DNA from: Thermoanaerobaculia bacterium | GTDB taxonomy: Bacteria; Acidobacteriota; Thermoanaerobaculia; Gp7-AA8 | Assembly: GCA_041748075.1 (NCBI GenBank) | Contig: JBGTDX010000036.1 | Coordinates: 58,505 to 122,504, forward strand | Reading direction: 5' to 3' | DNA length: 64,000 bases | Part shown: positions 55,781-64,000 of the stretch, one piece after another | How the letters are laid out: each line of letters starts with the position of its first letter | Numbering within the stretch: the first letter of the stretch is position 1 | Notes under the pieces: generated by a model | What the model was told of the DNA's origin: nothing | Databases searched by the model: none | Seen by the model: the letters and a program-made list of their open reading frames with translations, nothing else | Position numbers and translations under genes: made by a program

Positions 55781-55812
55781 CGAGTAAACCCGCAATCCGC
55801 AACCCAGAACCC
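55756..55812 (+). repeat. Heptamer tandem repeat (GACGAAT x4) plus CGCAATC/CGCAACC/CAGAACC units
   Basis: gagacgaatgacgaatgacgaatgacgag then cgcaatccgcaacccagaaccc. Overlaps the stop of the RHH ORF and the region upstream of the VWA gene. Confidence 0.55.
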
Positions 55813-55816
55813 TGAC

Positions 55817-56911
55817 ATGCGCCATCGCTACGGTTACCTCGACCCCGAGCTTCTCCAGCGCCTCCTCAGCGAAATCGGACTGCGGCGGCTGTTCAACCAC
55901 CTGCTTCTGCAGACGGGCGGAGACGTTGACGAGGCGATGGAATGGATGCGTGCGCTGCAGGAGAGGGGGTTGCTCGATCCGTCGATCGACCTCGATGCAT
56001 TCTTCGCCAGGCTGATGGATCACAACGTCATCGGCAGGGATGGCGAGGGAAACCTGACGCTTACCGCCGAAGGTGAGCGGTCCATCCGGCGGGACGCGCT
56101 GGACGAGATCTTCGGCGGACTCAAGAAGGCCAGCGCCGGCTACCACTCGGTGGCTTCTGCGGGTCAGGGAAGCGAGCGTCTGACCGAGACACGGGCGTGG
56201 CGTTTCGGTGACGACCCCACCTCCATCGACGGCGTCCGCACGCTGCAGAATGCGCTGAGAAACGGCGACCCCTCGGAACGGATCACGATCACCGAAGACG
56301 ACTTCGAGGTGTTCGAAACGGAGCACAACAGCAGCTGCGCCACGGTTGTGATGATCGACATCTCCCACTCCATGATTCTTTATGGCGAGGACCGGATCAC
56401 ACCAGCCAAGAAGGTGGCCCTCGCCCTTACCGAGTTGATCCTGACGAAATATCCCAAGGATGCGATCAACGTGGTGCTGTTCGGCGACGAGGCGACGGAG
56501 GTGCCGATCTCCGAGATCTCCTACGTTCAGGTCGGTCCGTATCACACCAACACGCGCGCGGGCCTCCAGCTCGCGCAGAACATTCTCCGGAGGCACAAGC
56601 ATACGAACAAGCAGATCTTCATGATTACGGACGGCAAACCTTCGGCTCTCACCGAGAGCGGACGTCTCTACACCAACTCATTCGGGCTCGACATGAAAAT
56701 CGTGAATCGCACGCTCGAAGAGGCGGATCGTTGCCGCCGCGCGCAGATTCCCATCACGACCTTCATGCTGGCCACTGACCCCACGCTGGTCAATTTTGTC
56801 GAACAGCTTTCCCGGATCAACCGGGGGCGGGCGTTTTACACATCTCCCGACCGGCTCGGTGAGTACATCCTGGCGGACTACATCCGCAACCGTCGCAAGT
56901 TCGTGCATTAG
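55817..56911 (+). CDS. von Willebrand factor A (VWA) domain protein, ChlD/BchD C-terminal-like
   Basis: MIDAS motif DISHS...T...D ([10 protein letters not shown] ... MITDGKPS) in the C-terminal ~200 aa. Unique N-terminal ~150 aa. Confidence 0.75.
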   Translation: MRHRYGYLDPELLQRLLSEIGLRRLFNHLLLQTGGDVDEAMEWMRALQERGLLDPSIDLDAFFARLMDHNVIGRDGEGNLTLTAEGERSIRRDALDEIFGGLKKASAGYHSVASAGQGSERLTETRAWRFGDDPTSIDGVRTLQNALRNGDPSERITITEDDFEVFETEHNSSCATVVMIDISHSMILYGEDRITPAKKVALALTELILTKYPKDAINVVLFGDEATEVPISEISYVQVGPYHTNTRAGLQLAQNILRRHKHTNKQIFMITDGKPSALTESGRLYTNSFGLDMKIVNRTLEEADRCRRAQIPITTFMLATDPTLVNFVEQLSRINRGRAFYTSPDRLGEYILADYIRNRRKFVH

Positions 56912-57013
56912 GGAGAGTGAGCAGTCGCGCCGGGCTTTGCAAGGTCACTCCGAGCTCAGGCTCTACACGACAGACCGGAATCCGCCGGTCCCTCCGCGCT
57001 GTTCCCCATCCCG

Positions 57014-58663
57014 GTGCGTTCCTTTCTCCCGGCCTTCCTCGCGTTGCTCCTCGCGCTTCCTCTCACCGCGAACGATCTGGTCTACAGGCAACTTCAGTCG
57101 GGACGCTCGAACGGCCCGGCAACGATCCACGAGTACGGGCTTTTCGGCGAAGGTGAGATCATCGCAATTCTCGATACCGGACTCGACTACGATAGCTGCT
57201 ACTTCGCCGAGCCGGATGGATCGCCGCCTCCGGTCAATCTCTCACTTCCCGGCGGCGTTCTCCAGAGAGCGAACGTAGACCACAGGCGGCGGAAGGTCAT
57301 CGCGTACAACTTCCTTTATTCCTGTGCTGGAAATCCCGGCGCTCCCGGTTGTGAGGATCCTTCGGATCCGCGTGCGTACGATAATCAGGGACACGGTACG
57401 CATGCGGCAGCAGTTGCCGCCGGGGACCGAGGCCAGCCGCTGATTCACGATCTCGCCGATTCAATCGCGCCGGGCGCGCAACTGGTCATCCAGGATGCGG
57501 GATTCATCGGCGGCGACGATTGCACACAGCGTCCGGGGCTCGGGTGTCCACTTCGCGACCTTGGTCCGGTGCTCGAGCAGGCATATGAGCAGGGCTCACG
57601 CATCCACTCGAACTCATGGGGGGACCGGCAGGGCACCCCGCAGCCTATGACTCCGCCGACGGCGAACTATTCAAAGGCAGCCGCGGAGATCGACGCGTTC
57701 GTGCATGAACATCAGGACATGCTGGTGATCTTCAATACGGGGAACGCGGGCCAGCTCGGGTCCTCATCCGTGTCGGCGCCAGGCGTGGCGAAGAACGCAA
57801 TCCAGGTCGGAGGGGTGATCTCGTTCGAGGGGGAGCAGGCCGTCGCATCGTTCAGCGGCCGAGGTCCCACCCGGGATGGTCGAATCAAGCCCGATCTCGT
57901 CGCGCCCGCAACCATTACGGCCGGAGACAGCGACTTTGACGTCACGAGCGGAAGCTGCGATGTATCCCGTCAGACAGGGACCTCATGGTCCGCCCCCGCA
58001 GTTGCCGGCGCGGCAGCGCTCATAAGGGATTATTTCGCGAGTGGTTTCTATCCGGGTGGGTTCCGCTCGAGCGGCCCGCCGATGCGCGCAAGCGCCGCGC
58101 TGGTGAAGGCGGTGCTGATCGCCTCGGCCCGAAGCGTAGCGTGGGATGCGGCTACCGGACGTCTGATCCCGAGCGGCGCGGTTCCCTCGTTTCAGCAGGG
58201 CTTCGGCATGCCTGCACTCGACGATGCCCTCCATTTCGCAGGTCAGCCGCGAAGGCTGCTGGTTCTCGATCTGCAATCCGACCGCGGGCTTGCAGCCGGA
58301 GACGGGATGTCGATTCGATTACACGTGAGGGCGGTCACGCCTCTCAGAGTCGTCCTCGTCTGGACGGACCCTCCCGCGGAACCGCGCGGCCCGAGTGACC
58401 CGGCTCCGGTACTTGTAAATGATCTCGATCTCAGCATCCTCACGCCGGATGGCCGACGGCTGCTGGGCAACGATACGGCAGACAGTGCGGCTCGTGACCA
58501 GGTGAACAACGTCGAGGCAGTACTGATCCATGAACCTGTGCAGGGAGACTACGTGATCTCGATCTCCGGCGAACATCTGGCGCTCGGAGCACGCCAGGGC
58601 TATTCTCTTGTCGTGACCGGCGACATGGTGCTGACTGCGCGAAGCCGTCCTGCCCGCCGGTAG
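57014..58663 (+). CDS. Secreted subtilisin-like serine protease (peptidase S8)
   Basis: Signal peptide. Catalytic triad motifs [35 protein letters not shown]. Confidence 0.85.
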   Translation: MRSFLPAFLALLLALPLTANDLVYRQLQSGRSNGPATIHEYGLFGEGEIIAILDTGLDYDSCYFAEPDGSPPPVNLSLPGGVLQRANVDHRRRKVIAYNFLYSCAGNPGAPGCEDPSDPRAYDNQGHGTHAAAVAAGDRGQPLIHDLADSIAPGAQLVIQDAGFIGGDDCTQRPGLGCPLRDLGPVLEQAYEQGSRIHSNSWGDRQGTPQPMTPPTANYSKAAAEIDAFVHEHQDMLVIFNTGNAGQLGSSSVSAPGVAKNAIQVGGVISFEGEQAVASFSGRGPTRDGRIKPDLVAPATITAGDSDFDVTSGSCDVSRQTGTSWSAPAVAGAAALIRDYFASGFYPGGFRSSGPPMRASAALVKAVLIASARSVAWDAATGRLIPSGAVPSFQQGFGMPALDDALHFAGQPRRLLVLDLQSDRGLAAGDGMSIRLHVRAVTPLRVVLVWTDPPAEPRGPSDPAPVLVNDLDLSILTPDGRRLLGNDTADSAARDQVNNVEAVLIHEPVQGDYVISISGEHLALGARQGYSLVVTGDMVLTARSRPARR

Positions 58664-58712
58664 AAAGGCAAGTCGTCACCCCGCTTCCATCTTTCCGCTA
58701 TCATTCACGGCC

Positions 58713-59996
58713 ATGATTTCCCGTGAATATCTTCGTGAGAATGCAGACGCCTATCGCGATGCGCTGCGGAACCGGGGCGCGTCGGTCGACCTGGATCGCT
58801 TCCTGGAACTGGACGCCGAGCGTCGCCGCTTCATCGCGAAAGTCGAGACGCTGAAGAACCAGAGGAACGTTGCATCGCATGAGATCGCCAGGCTACGAAA
58901 GGCGAAAGAGGACGCCGCCGCCCCGATCGAAGCGATGCGTCTGGTTGGCGATGAGATCAAGGAGCTCGACCGGAGCCTCGCGGAAATCGAGCAGGCGCTC
59001 GAAGAGCTCGAGCTCGGCTTTCCCAACGTTCCACACGACTCGGTTCCCGTGGGTGCCGATGAGTCTGCGAACCGCGAAGAGCGCGTCTGGGGCGAGCGGC
59101 CATCCTTTTCATTCACGCCGAGAGAACACTGGGAGATTGGCGAGCAGCTCGGCATTCTCGATTTCGACCGCGCGGCGAAGATCGCCGGAGCCCGCTTCTC
59201 GGTGCTTTTCGGTGCGGGCGCGAAGCTCGAGCGCGCTTTGATCACGTTCATGCTCGACCTTCATTCCGGACGGCATGGCTACACGGAAGTCTGGCCGCCG
59301 GCGATCGTCAACGGCACGTCGATGCGGGGAACGGGACAGCTGCCGAAGTTCGAAGAGGATCTGTTCAAGCTTCGCGGCGATCGAGACCTCTATCTCATCT
59401 CCACGGCCGAAGTGCCCGTAACGAACCTGCACCGTGACGAGATCCTCGGAGCCGAGGAGTTGACCATCTCTTATTGCGCGTACACCCCCTGTTTCCGGAG
59501 TGAGGCCGGGTCGTACGGGAAGGACACGCGAGGGTTGATACGGCAGCACCAGTTCGACAAGGTCGAGCTCGTGAAGTTCGCGCGTCCCGAGGATTCGTGG
59601 GATGAGCACGAGAGGCTCACGGAAGACGCGTGCGAGGTGCTGCGGCAGCTCGGTCTGTATCATCGCGTCGTGACGCTCTCGACGGGAGACATGGGTTTCG
59701 CAGCCGCAAAGACATACGACATCGAGGTCTGGCTCCCGGGGCAGAATACGTTCCGCGAAATCTCGTCGTGTACGAACTTCGGCGACTTCCAGGCACGGCG
59801 GGCGAACATCCGTTACAGGCGCGACGAAAAGAAAACCGCCTTCGTTCATACGCTGAATGGCTCGGGCCTCGCAGTGGGACGCACGCTCGTGGCGATCCTG
59901 GAGAACTATCAGCAGGCGGACGGTTCGGTCGTCCTTCCGGAGCCGCTCCGGAGGTACATGGGAACGGACCGACTCACGCCCACGAGGAAAGCCTGA
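58713..59996 (+). CDS. serS: Seryl-tRNA synthetase
   Basis: N-terminal coiled-coil tRNA-binding arm. Class II motifs 2 and 3 ([43 protein letters not shown]). Confidence 0.95.
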   Translation: MISREYLRENADAYRDALRNRGASVDLDRFLELDAERRRFIAKVETLKNQRNVASHEIARLRKAKEDAAAPIEAMRLVGDEIKELDRSLAEIEQALEELELGFPNVPHDSVPVGADESANREERVWGERPSFSFTPREHWEIGEQLGILDFDRAAKIAGARFSVLFGAGAKLERALITFMLDLHSGRHGYTEVWPPAIVNGTSMRGTGQLPKFEEDLFKLRGDRDLYLISTAEVPVTNLHRDEILGAEELTISYCAYTPCFRSEAGSYGKDTRGLIRQHQFDKVELVKFARPEDSWDEHERLTEDACEVLRQLGLYHRVVTLSTGDMGFAAAKTYDIEVWLPGQNTFREISSCTNFGDFQARRANIRYRRDEKKTAFVHTLNGSGLAVGRTLVAILENYQQADGSVVLPEPLRRYMGTDRLTPTRKA

Positions 59997-60024
59997 GCTC
60001 GAGCCTGGAAGAGGAGACTTCCTG

Positions 60025-60780
60025 ATGACAACACCTCTGATCGGCATTGGAGCAGACGTGAGGGATTCCGGTTCACGGCACGGCGAACAGGCGTCTGGTC
60101 AGATGTCGTATATACAGTCGCTGCTGCGTGCCGGGGCGATTCCGCTGCTCGTTCCGCCGCAGCCGGAGAATATCGGGCAGCTGCTGGAATCACTTGACGG
60201 AGTGCTGCTCACCGGGGGGAGAGACTGTGATCCTTCCCTCTGGGGAGAAGAACGCCACCCTTCCTTCAATCCGATGGATGTCCGCCGTCAGGAGAACGAT
60301 CTCGCGCTCGCCCGTGGCGCGCGGCAACTGGGGGTCCCTACCCTGGGCGTCTGTCTGGGAATGCAGATCATGAGCATCGCAGCGGGGGGAACTCTCATCC
60401 AGGACATCCGTTCGGAGATCGATTCCGGAGTCGAGCATGAGAACGGGCCGGAAGGACGCAGGCGGCATGAAGTGCGCATCGAAGAAAAGACGATCCTTTC
60501 GTCAATCCTCGGCAGGCCTCGTCTGGAAGTGAATTCCTCCCATCATCAGGCCGTTCGGACCGCCGGTGAAGACCTTCGGATCACAGCGTGGGCTCCGGAT
60601 GGCATTGCCGAAGCGGTGGAGGACGGTAAACTTCCGTTTTACATTGGTCTCCAGTGGCATCCGGAGGACATGACGGGTGAGGATTCGGCAGAACGAATCT
60701 TTCACGCATTCGTCGCGGCGGCGAGAAAGCGTGCAGATTCACGCACACTTCACGTCGCTTCTGCAGAGCAACTCGTCTGA
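60025..60780 (+). CDS. Class I glutamine amidotransferase-like hydrolase (peptidase C26 / gamma-glutamyl-GABA hydrolase PuuD family)
   Basis: GAGGAG RBS 5 nt upstream of the chosen ATG. Catalytic GVCLGMQ nucleophile elbow and the downstream HH..E region. ORF-track N-terminal extension overlaps serS and is discarded. Confidence 0.8.
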   Translation: MTTPLIGIGADVRDSGSRHGEQASGQMSYIQSLLRAGAIPLLVPPQPENIGQLLESLDGVLLTGGRDCDPSLWGEERHPSFNPMDVRRQENDLALARGARQLGVPTLGVCLGMQIMSIAAGGTLIQDIRSEIDSGVEHENGPEGRRRHEVRIEEKTILSSILGRPRLEVNSSHHQAVRTAGEDLRITAWAPDGIAEAVEDGKLPFYIGLQWHPEDMTGEDSAERIFHAFVAAARKRADSRTLHVASAEQLV

Positions 60781-60846
60781 CAAATCCTCGGAATAGCTGA
60801 GTATGGAAGCAGGTTGGAGCCGTTCGGAACCTCGAAGGAAGACTGA

Positions 60847-61695
60847 TTGACGAAGAGAATCCTGATTCTGGTGCTCGCCGCATTCCTGCTCAACGTTGCC
60901 GAGCTCGACGCGAGCAGCTTCCTTACCTCGCTCGAGGCCGCGAAGGCCGCGGCGAAGAAGAAGGACCAGATCATCTTCGTCGATCTCTTCGCCGACTGGT
61001 GTGGCTGGTGTCACCGGATGAAGCGCGAGGTGTTTCCGTCGGAGACATTCCAGAACGCCACAAAGGACATGGTGCTGCTGCGGGTCGATACCGAAGATCG
61101 GGGAGAAGGCGCGCAACTGGCGCGCGCCTACAAGGTTCGCCAGCTTCCCACGTTTCTCCTGATCGACGCCGATGGGCTGCTCGCCGGGTCACTCTACGGG
61201 TACTCGCCAGCCGAGAAGTTCACCAAACGTCTCATTGCCGCCTATTCCGACTACGAGGTTTTCAAAGAGACGCTCAGCCGTGAGTCGACGCTGGGGTCCG
61301 ACTATCCGAAACGGCTTGCGATCGCTGAAGAGTTTTTAAGCCGCGGCGGGCATGAACAGGGAGAGAAGCGGCTGACCGCGCTGATCAGCGAACCCAAGGT
61401 GCCTCACGAGATCCGGGACCTGTCCTTCTACCATCTCGCCGCGAGCCAGCTCGCCCGGAAGGAGTACGCACCGGCGCGCGAGACTCTTCAGAAGTTTTTC
61501 TCGGTGCAGACTTCGGGTGACTCACTCGAGCGGGCGCGGCTGATGATGAGCCAGATCTATTTCGAAGAGGGCAACTATCCGAAGGCGCTCGCGGAGTTGA
61601 AGGGCTTCAAGCAGAAGTTTCCGGCGTCGCCTCTGATCGAGCAGGTCGAAGCGATGCTCCCGCAGCTCGAGAGCGCGGTCGCGAGGAAGAACTGA
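60847..61695 (+). CDS. Periplasmic thioredoxin-fold protein with C-terminal TPR-like domain
   Basis: TTG start. Signal peptide. Thioredoxin active site WCGWC. Helical repeat C-terminal half. Confidence 0.7.
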   Translation: MTKRILILVLAAFLLNVAELDASSFLTSLEAAKAAAKKKDQIIFVDLFADWCGWCHRMKREVFPSETFQNATKDMVLLRVDTEDRGEGAQLARAYKVRQLPTFLLIDADGLLAGSLYGYSPAEKFTKRLIAAYSDYEVFKETLSRESTLGSDYPKRLAIAEEFLSRGGHEQGEKRLTALISEPKVPHEIRDLSFYHLAASQLARKEYAPARETLQKFFSVQTSGDSLERARLMMSQIYFEEGNYPKALAELKGFKQKFPASPLIEQVEAMLPQLESAVARKN

Positions 61696-61699
61696 CGGT

Positions 61700-63550
61700 T
61701 TGGACGTCCCGCGAAAATCAGCGGTAGCAGCCCTGCTTTTCCTCGCTGCGGTGAGCGTCACCGCGCAGATATCACCGTTCGGTTCCCCCTCTGCACCCGC
61801 TCCCCGCATCTCACTCGAAGTCAGGCTCGATCCTGTCGGGAGCGGCGACCGGCTCACAGGGCGCGCGATCGCCACCATCGAGGACGGGTGGCATGTCAAT
61901 TCTCATACACCTTCAGATGAGTTCCTCATCCCCACGGTGCTCTCGATCGACTCGCCTCTGCTTCGGGACCTTCGCATCACCTACCCACCGCACGAGATGC
62001 GGACCTTTGGCTTCGCCGAGGACGAACTGGCCGTCTACGAAGGGCGCGTGAACATTCCTTTCACCGCGACGAGGACCGGCGGTGGAAGTGTGGAAGCGAA
62101 GCTTCGCTATCAGGCTTGTAACGACACGATCTGTCTGCCGCCAACGACGGCGCTTGCACGATTCAATATTCCGGCCCCTTCAGTCGCCGGACCCGACGCA
62201 GGCTTACCGGAATCCACGCCGGCGTCGGTTGAAACGCAGCCAGCTGCCGCGGAGCTGCCGGACTCGTCCCCGGTCGTTCCCGCCACCCCTCCGCTCGATC
62301 CTGAGACATTCACCCCGCTCTCGAGCGCCCCTTCGGCCCCCCCCGGTCTTTTCGGGAGCGACGTATCAGCTACCCTTGCGTCGCGTGGGCTGCTCCTCAC
62401 TCTTGTGTCGGTGTTCGTGCTCGGCCTGGCGTTGAACCTCACTCCTTGCGTCTATCCCCTTATACCGATCACGATCGCTTTCTTTTCTTCTCAGAGCGAG
62501 GGAAGCCGATCGCGCCGTGTCCTTCTCTCGGTCAGCTACGTTCTTGGTATCGCCGCGACCTACTCGGCCCTCGGAGTATTTTCTGCGCTGACCGGCAGGC
62601 TCTTCGGAGCCTGGCTTCAGCTTCCGTCCGTATTGATCTTCTTTGCTGTCCTGATGCTCGTGCTTGCTGCATCGATGTTCGGCGCGTTCGACATCCGGGT
62701 GCCGCACTTCATCTCGGACCGTGCGGGTGCCCGGAGTGGAGTCGTCGGAGCACTCGTGATGGGACTGCTCGTCGGGATCGTCGCCGCGCCGTGCGTCGGA
62801 CCATTCGTGATTTCGCTCATTGCCCTTGTGGGCCAGTCGGGCAGCGTACCTCTGGGATTTACCCTCTTTTTCGTTCTCGCTCTCGGTCTGGGCGTTCCTT
62901 ACCTTTTTCTCGGTATCTTCTCCTCAGGCCTCGACTCGATCCCCCGCTCCGGAATCTGGATGGATCACATCAAGCGGGCGATGGGATTCGTTCTCATCGG
63001 CATGGCGTTCTATTTCGTCTGGCCGCAGACCGGCGACACCGTGTTTCGTCTCGGGGTTGGTCTGAGCCTTCTGGTAGGCGCCGTTTTCCTCTTTATCAAG
63101 GGCAGGCGTGCGCAGGCGGGTAGAGCCGTCGCCATCGTTTGCGGAATAGTGCTGCTGGCAGCTTCAGCGTGGTTCCTGTATCCACGACCCGTTGCGGAAG
63201 GAGTCGAGTGGACTCCCTACGATGAAACGCTCCTGGTTCAGGCCCGGGAGAGCGGCAGTCCGGTCATCATCGATTTCTACGCGGATTGGTGTCTGCCCTG
63301 CAAGGAGCTCGACGCGAGGACGTTTACCGATCCGGCGGTCATCGCTGAGTCGGAACGGTTTGTCCGGCTGAAGGCGGATCTGACCCAGGCGGAGGATCCG
63401 CAGACCGTCCGCCTGACCTCGGAGTATCAGATCATAGGAGTCCCGACGATTGCATTCATCGACGGGAGCGGCACGGAAATCCTGCCGATCCGCCTGACGG
63501 GTTTCGAGAATTCCGAGAAGTTCCTCCGGCGAATGCAGCAGGTGCGGTGA
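61700..63550 (+). CDS. dsbD: Thiol:disulfide interchange protein DsbD (N-terminal periplasmic domain, CcdA-like TM core, C-terminal thioredoxin domain)
   Basis: Signal peptide. N-domain Cys pair (QACNDTICLPP). TM core with conserved Cys residues (TPCVYP, APCVGPF). C-terminal WCLPCK thioredoxin motif. Confidence 0.85.
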   Translation: MDVPRKSAVAALLFLAAVSVTAQISPFGSPSAPAPRISLEVRLDPVGSGDRLTGRAIATIEDGWHVNSHTPSDEFLIPTVLSIDSPLLRDLRITYPPHEMRTFGFAEDELAVYEGRVNIPFTATRTGGGSVEAKLRYQACNDTICLPPTTALARFNIPAPSVAGPDAGLPESTPASVETQPAAAELPDSSPVVPATPPLDPETFTPLSSAPSAPPGLFGSDVSATLASRGLLLTLVSVFVLGLALNLTPCVYPLIPITIAFFSSQSEGSRSRRVLLSVSYVLGIAATYSALGVFSALTGRLFGAWLQLPSVLIFFAVLMLVLAASMFGAFDIRVPHFISDRAGARSGVVGALVMGLLVGIVAAPCVGPFVISLIALVGQSGSVPLGFTLFFVLALGLGVPYLFLGIFSSGLDSIPRSGIWMDHIKRAMGFVLIGMAFYFVWPQTGDTVFRLGVGLSLLVGAVFLFIKGRRAQAGRAVAIVCGIVLLAASAWFLYPRPVAEGVEWTPYDETLLVQARESGSPVIIDFYADWCLPCKELDARTFTDPAVIAESERFVRLKADLTQAEDPQTVRLTSEYQIIGVPTIAFIDGSGTEILPIRLTGFENSEKFLRRMQQVR

Positions 63551-63561
63551 AGGTCCGCCCG

Positions 63562-64000
63562 TCAACGGCCAAACGTATACGAAGCCATCAGCATCAGCCG
63601 GTTGCTCTCGAGCTCGATGCCGGGATCGAGCAGGCTCGAGCGGTCGGTTTCGATCCGTTCGTACTCGATGGCCGGAATGATCTGCCACCCGCTCAGGCCG
63701 AGAGGAATCTGGACACCTGTTTCCACCCGAAAGCCTGTGGTATCCGTGTCCGTGCTCACGCCGAGAAGGTTGAGATCGGCCGTTCCGAGGTAACCGCGAA
63801 CGAGTCCATACCATCCGATGGGGCGGATTGTCGGTGTGTGCAGATTGATTCCGAGAACGAGCGCCTGATGATCGAATTCGAGGTCCTGGCTGAAGAAGAG
63901 GATTCCGCCGAACTCGACCGAGTCGACACGTACGCCGCCCTCGATGTCTATGAAGGGTGTGACTGCATATCCGAGTGTTCCTTCGAAGCGGCTTCTGGAG
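63562..64000 (-). CDS. Outer-membrane beta-barrel-like protein, 3' portion (gene begins beyond the window edge)
   Basis: Minus-strand frame is open from 63999 down to the stop at 63562 (the ORF track lists only the GTG-initiated tail). Alternating hydrophobic beta-strand pattern ending in ...LMLMASYTFGR. Confidence 0.45.
   Translation of the reverse strand, partial: SRSRFEGTLGYAVTPFIDIEGGVRVDSVEFGGILFFSQDLEFDHQALVLGINLHTPTIRPIGWYGLVRGYLGTADLNLLGVSTDTDTTGFRVETGVQIPLGLSGWQIIPAIEYERIETDRSSLLDPGIELESNRLMLMASYTFGR

Noticed and set aside
55550-56602. 350-aa minus-strand ORF
   Set aside because: Antisense to the VWA-domain gene (MIDAS motif on plus strand).

Overview
A 64 kb chromosomal segment from a high-GC (about 65-68 percent) Gram-negative bacterium. 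lpxC, OmpA-like and TonB-C domains and C-terminal-Phe beta-barrel proteins support the Gram-negative call. The gene content (many YfhO-like paralogs, DUF4390-NtrY/NtrX, HD-GYP) suggests an Acidobacteria-like organism, but this is inference only. Gene density is high, with about 55 supportable CDS and one tRNA-Gly(GCC). Housekeeping genes are well supported: mltG, ruvX, pilT, tdk, mutL, yraN, lpxC, smpB, accD, folC, glyA, a sirC-like gene, rnr, pth, serS and dsbD. Between them lies the most unusual region, roughly 29.3-48.0 kb. It carries four YfhO-like and two other GT-C-type polytopic membrane proteins, two GT2 polyprenol-phosphate sugar synthases, two paralogous secreted M20 peptidases and a tandem pair of type IV pilin paralogs in a mirror-like arrangement. 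I interpret this as a periplasmic lipid-linked glycosylation system, possibly acting on pilins or the envelope. Other notable items are a pseudokinase fused through a TM helix to a TonB C-terminal domain, a eukaryote/archaea-type eRF1/Pelota-like (baeRF) protein, an orphan ChlI/ChlD-like AAA+/VWA pair with an intercalated ribbon-helix-helix gene translationally coupled to pth, an archaeal-type (type II) GAPDH-like dehydrogenase, and a dispersed family of intergenic hairpin elements built from tandem heptamers (GTTCTGA and variants). Long ORFs antisense to these genes in the ORF track are treated as high-GC artefacts. No rRNA, CRISPR array, transposase or integrase was seen.
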